Assembly: GCA_918797485.1 (NCBI GenBank)
Contig: CAKKNE010000002.1
Span: 5,766,001 to 5,830,000, forward strand
Length of the DNA: 64,000 nt
Source: Pelagomonas calceolata
Lineage: Eukaryota
Reading direction: 5' to 3'
Shown here: piece by piece, positions 62,773-64,000 of the stretch
Layout: each line of letters opens with the position of its first letter
Numbering within the stretch: the stretch's first letter is position 1
The notes under the pieces: generated by a model
Databases searched by the model: none
Seen by the model: only the letters and a program-made list of their open reading frames with translations
Told to the model about the DNA's origin: nothing
Translations under genes and position numbers: made by a program

Positions 62773-63149
62773 TGTAATTGCTGTCGTTGTTTTATATCAA
62801 TCCGTGCGCGTGTACGAGCCCTGTTATGCCGCTGGCGAGACAGAGAGCATTTTGAGTGCGGGGTTCAAACACCGCTCCGGGGCCATTGTGCAAGGCAGCG
62901 ACCTCTTCAGACGGGTGAAGACGCTTGGGAAAGCGCGATTGGGCGCAAAATAGGGTGTCTCGGAGCAGCATGCAGAGGCTAACCCAGGCAACAAAAAGCG
63001 TAGCAGCACAGCGCATTCGTGCCAGCGAGGGCAGCGAGAGAGCCACAGCAATACCTTCGAAGGCGGAGGCTGCAAAAAACGAGAAATAACATCCGCGGCG
63101 CGGCCGACTAAGCACCAGCAAAATAGCATCAATTGGCAGAATCTCATCG

Positions 63150-64000
63150 ATGGATTTCGCCTCAATGCTCAGCTCTTACGACGGCGCCGCAGCGGCCCCA
63201 GCGCCAGCCCCAGCACGCATCCCCAAAAAGAGCAAGGAGAGCCGATTATCAAGAGACGAGCGTCGGCTGCGCGACGCATTAGAACAAGGCGCGCAGCAGG
63301 CTTTGAGTGATGCGAGGCGCGCCGTCGCCGACCGGCCGCCGAAGAAACGAATAGCGGTCTGTTTTACAATTGTGGACGGCCTGCCGCACGAGCGCTGCTG
63401 GCGGCGCTGGGCCGCCGAATTGGAGAAAAGGGGCGTGGACGTGCGCTTCTACGCCCACGCCCACCGGCGCGAGAAGGCCCAGCGGTCGTCGGCCTGGCTC
63501 GCGGAGCGTATGATCCGGGACCACTACGAGACGCGCTGGGGGTCGATCGAATTAGTAAGGGCGACGCTCGCACTCCTCGACGACGCGCTGAGGGACGACC
63601 CCGCGCTCGTCGCCTTCGCGTCGGAGACGTGCGTGCCGATTGATGTGGACGCGGCCGCGGCGCTCGTATCAAAGCCGACGACGTTCCTGCAGTGCACGTG
63701 CCGGCCGGACAACGGCTACGCGCGCGAGCGCCAGTGGGAGAAGGTCGACCGCGTCATCGAGGCCGCCAAAATTTGTAAAGCGGACCAGTGGGTCGCGCTC
63801 TCCGCGACGCACGCGCGCGCGTGCGCCGCGCTCGACGCCTGCGTGCGCCGGGAGGCGCGCTCTCAAGGTGCGCGCGACGCGCCGTCGTTGTGGCGCCTGC
63901 TGCGCCGGTGCACGGCGGCCGACGAGCTGCTCTTCCCGGTCTCGCTCGCGCTCATGGGCGAGCTGCGGAAGCCCGACGGCGCGTCCGTGCCGGGCACGGC
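63150..64000 (+). CDS. Core-2/I-branching (GT14/DUF266-like) glycosyltransferase, 3'-partial
   Basis: Not in the ORF track. Hand translation: KKRIAVCFTIVDGLPHERCWRRW...TRWGSIELVRATLALL...ASETCVPI...KADQWVALS...ADE. Confidence 0.8.
   Translation, partial: MDFASMLSSYDGAAAAPAPAPARIPKKSKESRLSRDERRLRDALEQGAQQALSDARRAVADRPPKKRIAVCFTIVDGLPHERCWRRWAAELEKRGVDVRFYAHAHRREKAQRSSAWLAERMIRDHYETRWGSIELVRATLALLDDALRDDPALVAFASETCVPIDVDAAAALVSKPTTFLQCTCRPDNGYARERQWEKVDRVIEAAKICKADQWVALSATHARACAALDACVRREARSQGARDAPSLWRLLRRCTAADELLFPVSLALMGELRKPDGASVPGT

Overview
Eukaryotic nuclear DNA: GC-rich, very gene-dense (about 40 protein genes in 64 kb), few and short spliceosomal introns, short intergenic spacers. Heterokont-type bipartite plastid presequences, flagellar genes (DRC7, IQCH-like, PG-rich repeat protein) and introner-like introns suggest a pelagophyte alga such as Pelagomonas or Aureococcus; this assignment is inference. 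Recognisable genes include MCM4, organellar ThrRS, TRM7, POLE3, SmD3, eIF2D, PRP39, plastid Hsp90, a PH-PI3K, and a head-to-head kynureninase / kynurenine 3-monooxygenase pair. The top observation is that both tRNA genes found are split by non-canonical introns with archaeal-type bulge-helix-bulge (BHB) junctions: tRNA-Met(CAT) with introns at 13/14, 28/29 and 37/38, and tRNA-Lys(TTT) with introns at 5/6 (acceptor stem) and 43/44. Other notable items: introner-type introns (about 8 nt then a TIR, one with a GC donor), a recurrent GCTAG-TGTCTTAC-N4/5-GCTAGC motif in upstream regions, a 41-bp-period repeat array (21 bp constant + 20 bp variable) at rearrangement junctions, an 86-bp perfect inverted repeat enclosing 1.9 kb, a DUF1244-MogA fusion, and a sirtuin lacking its Zn ribbon. 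All calls are by eye; no database search was run.
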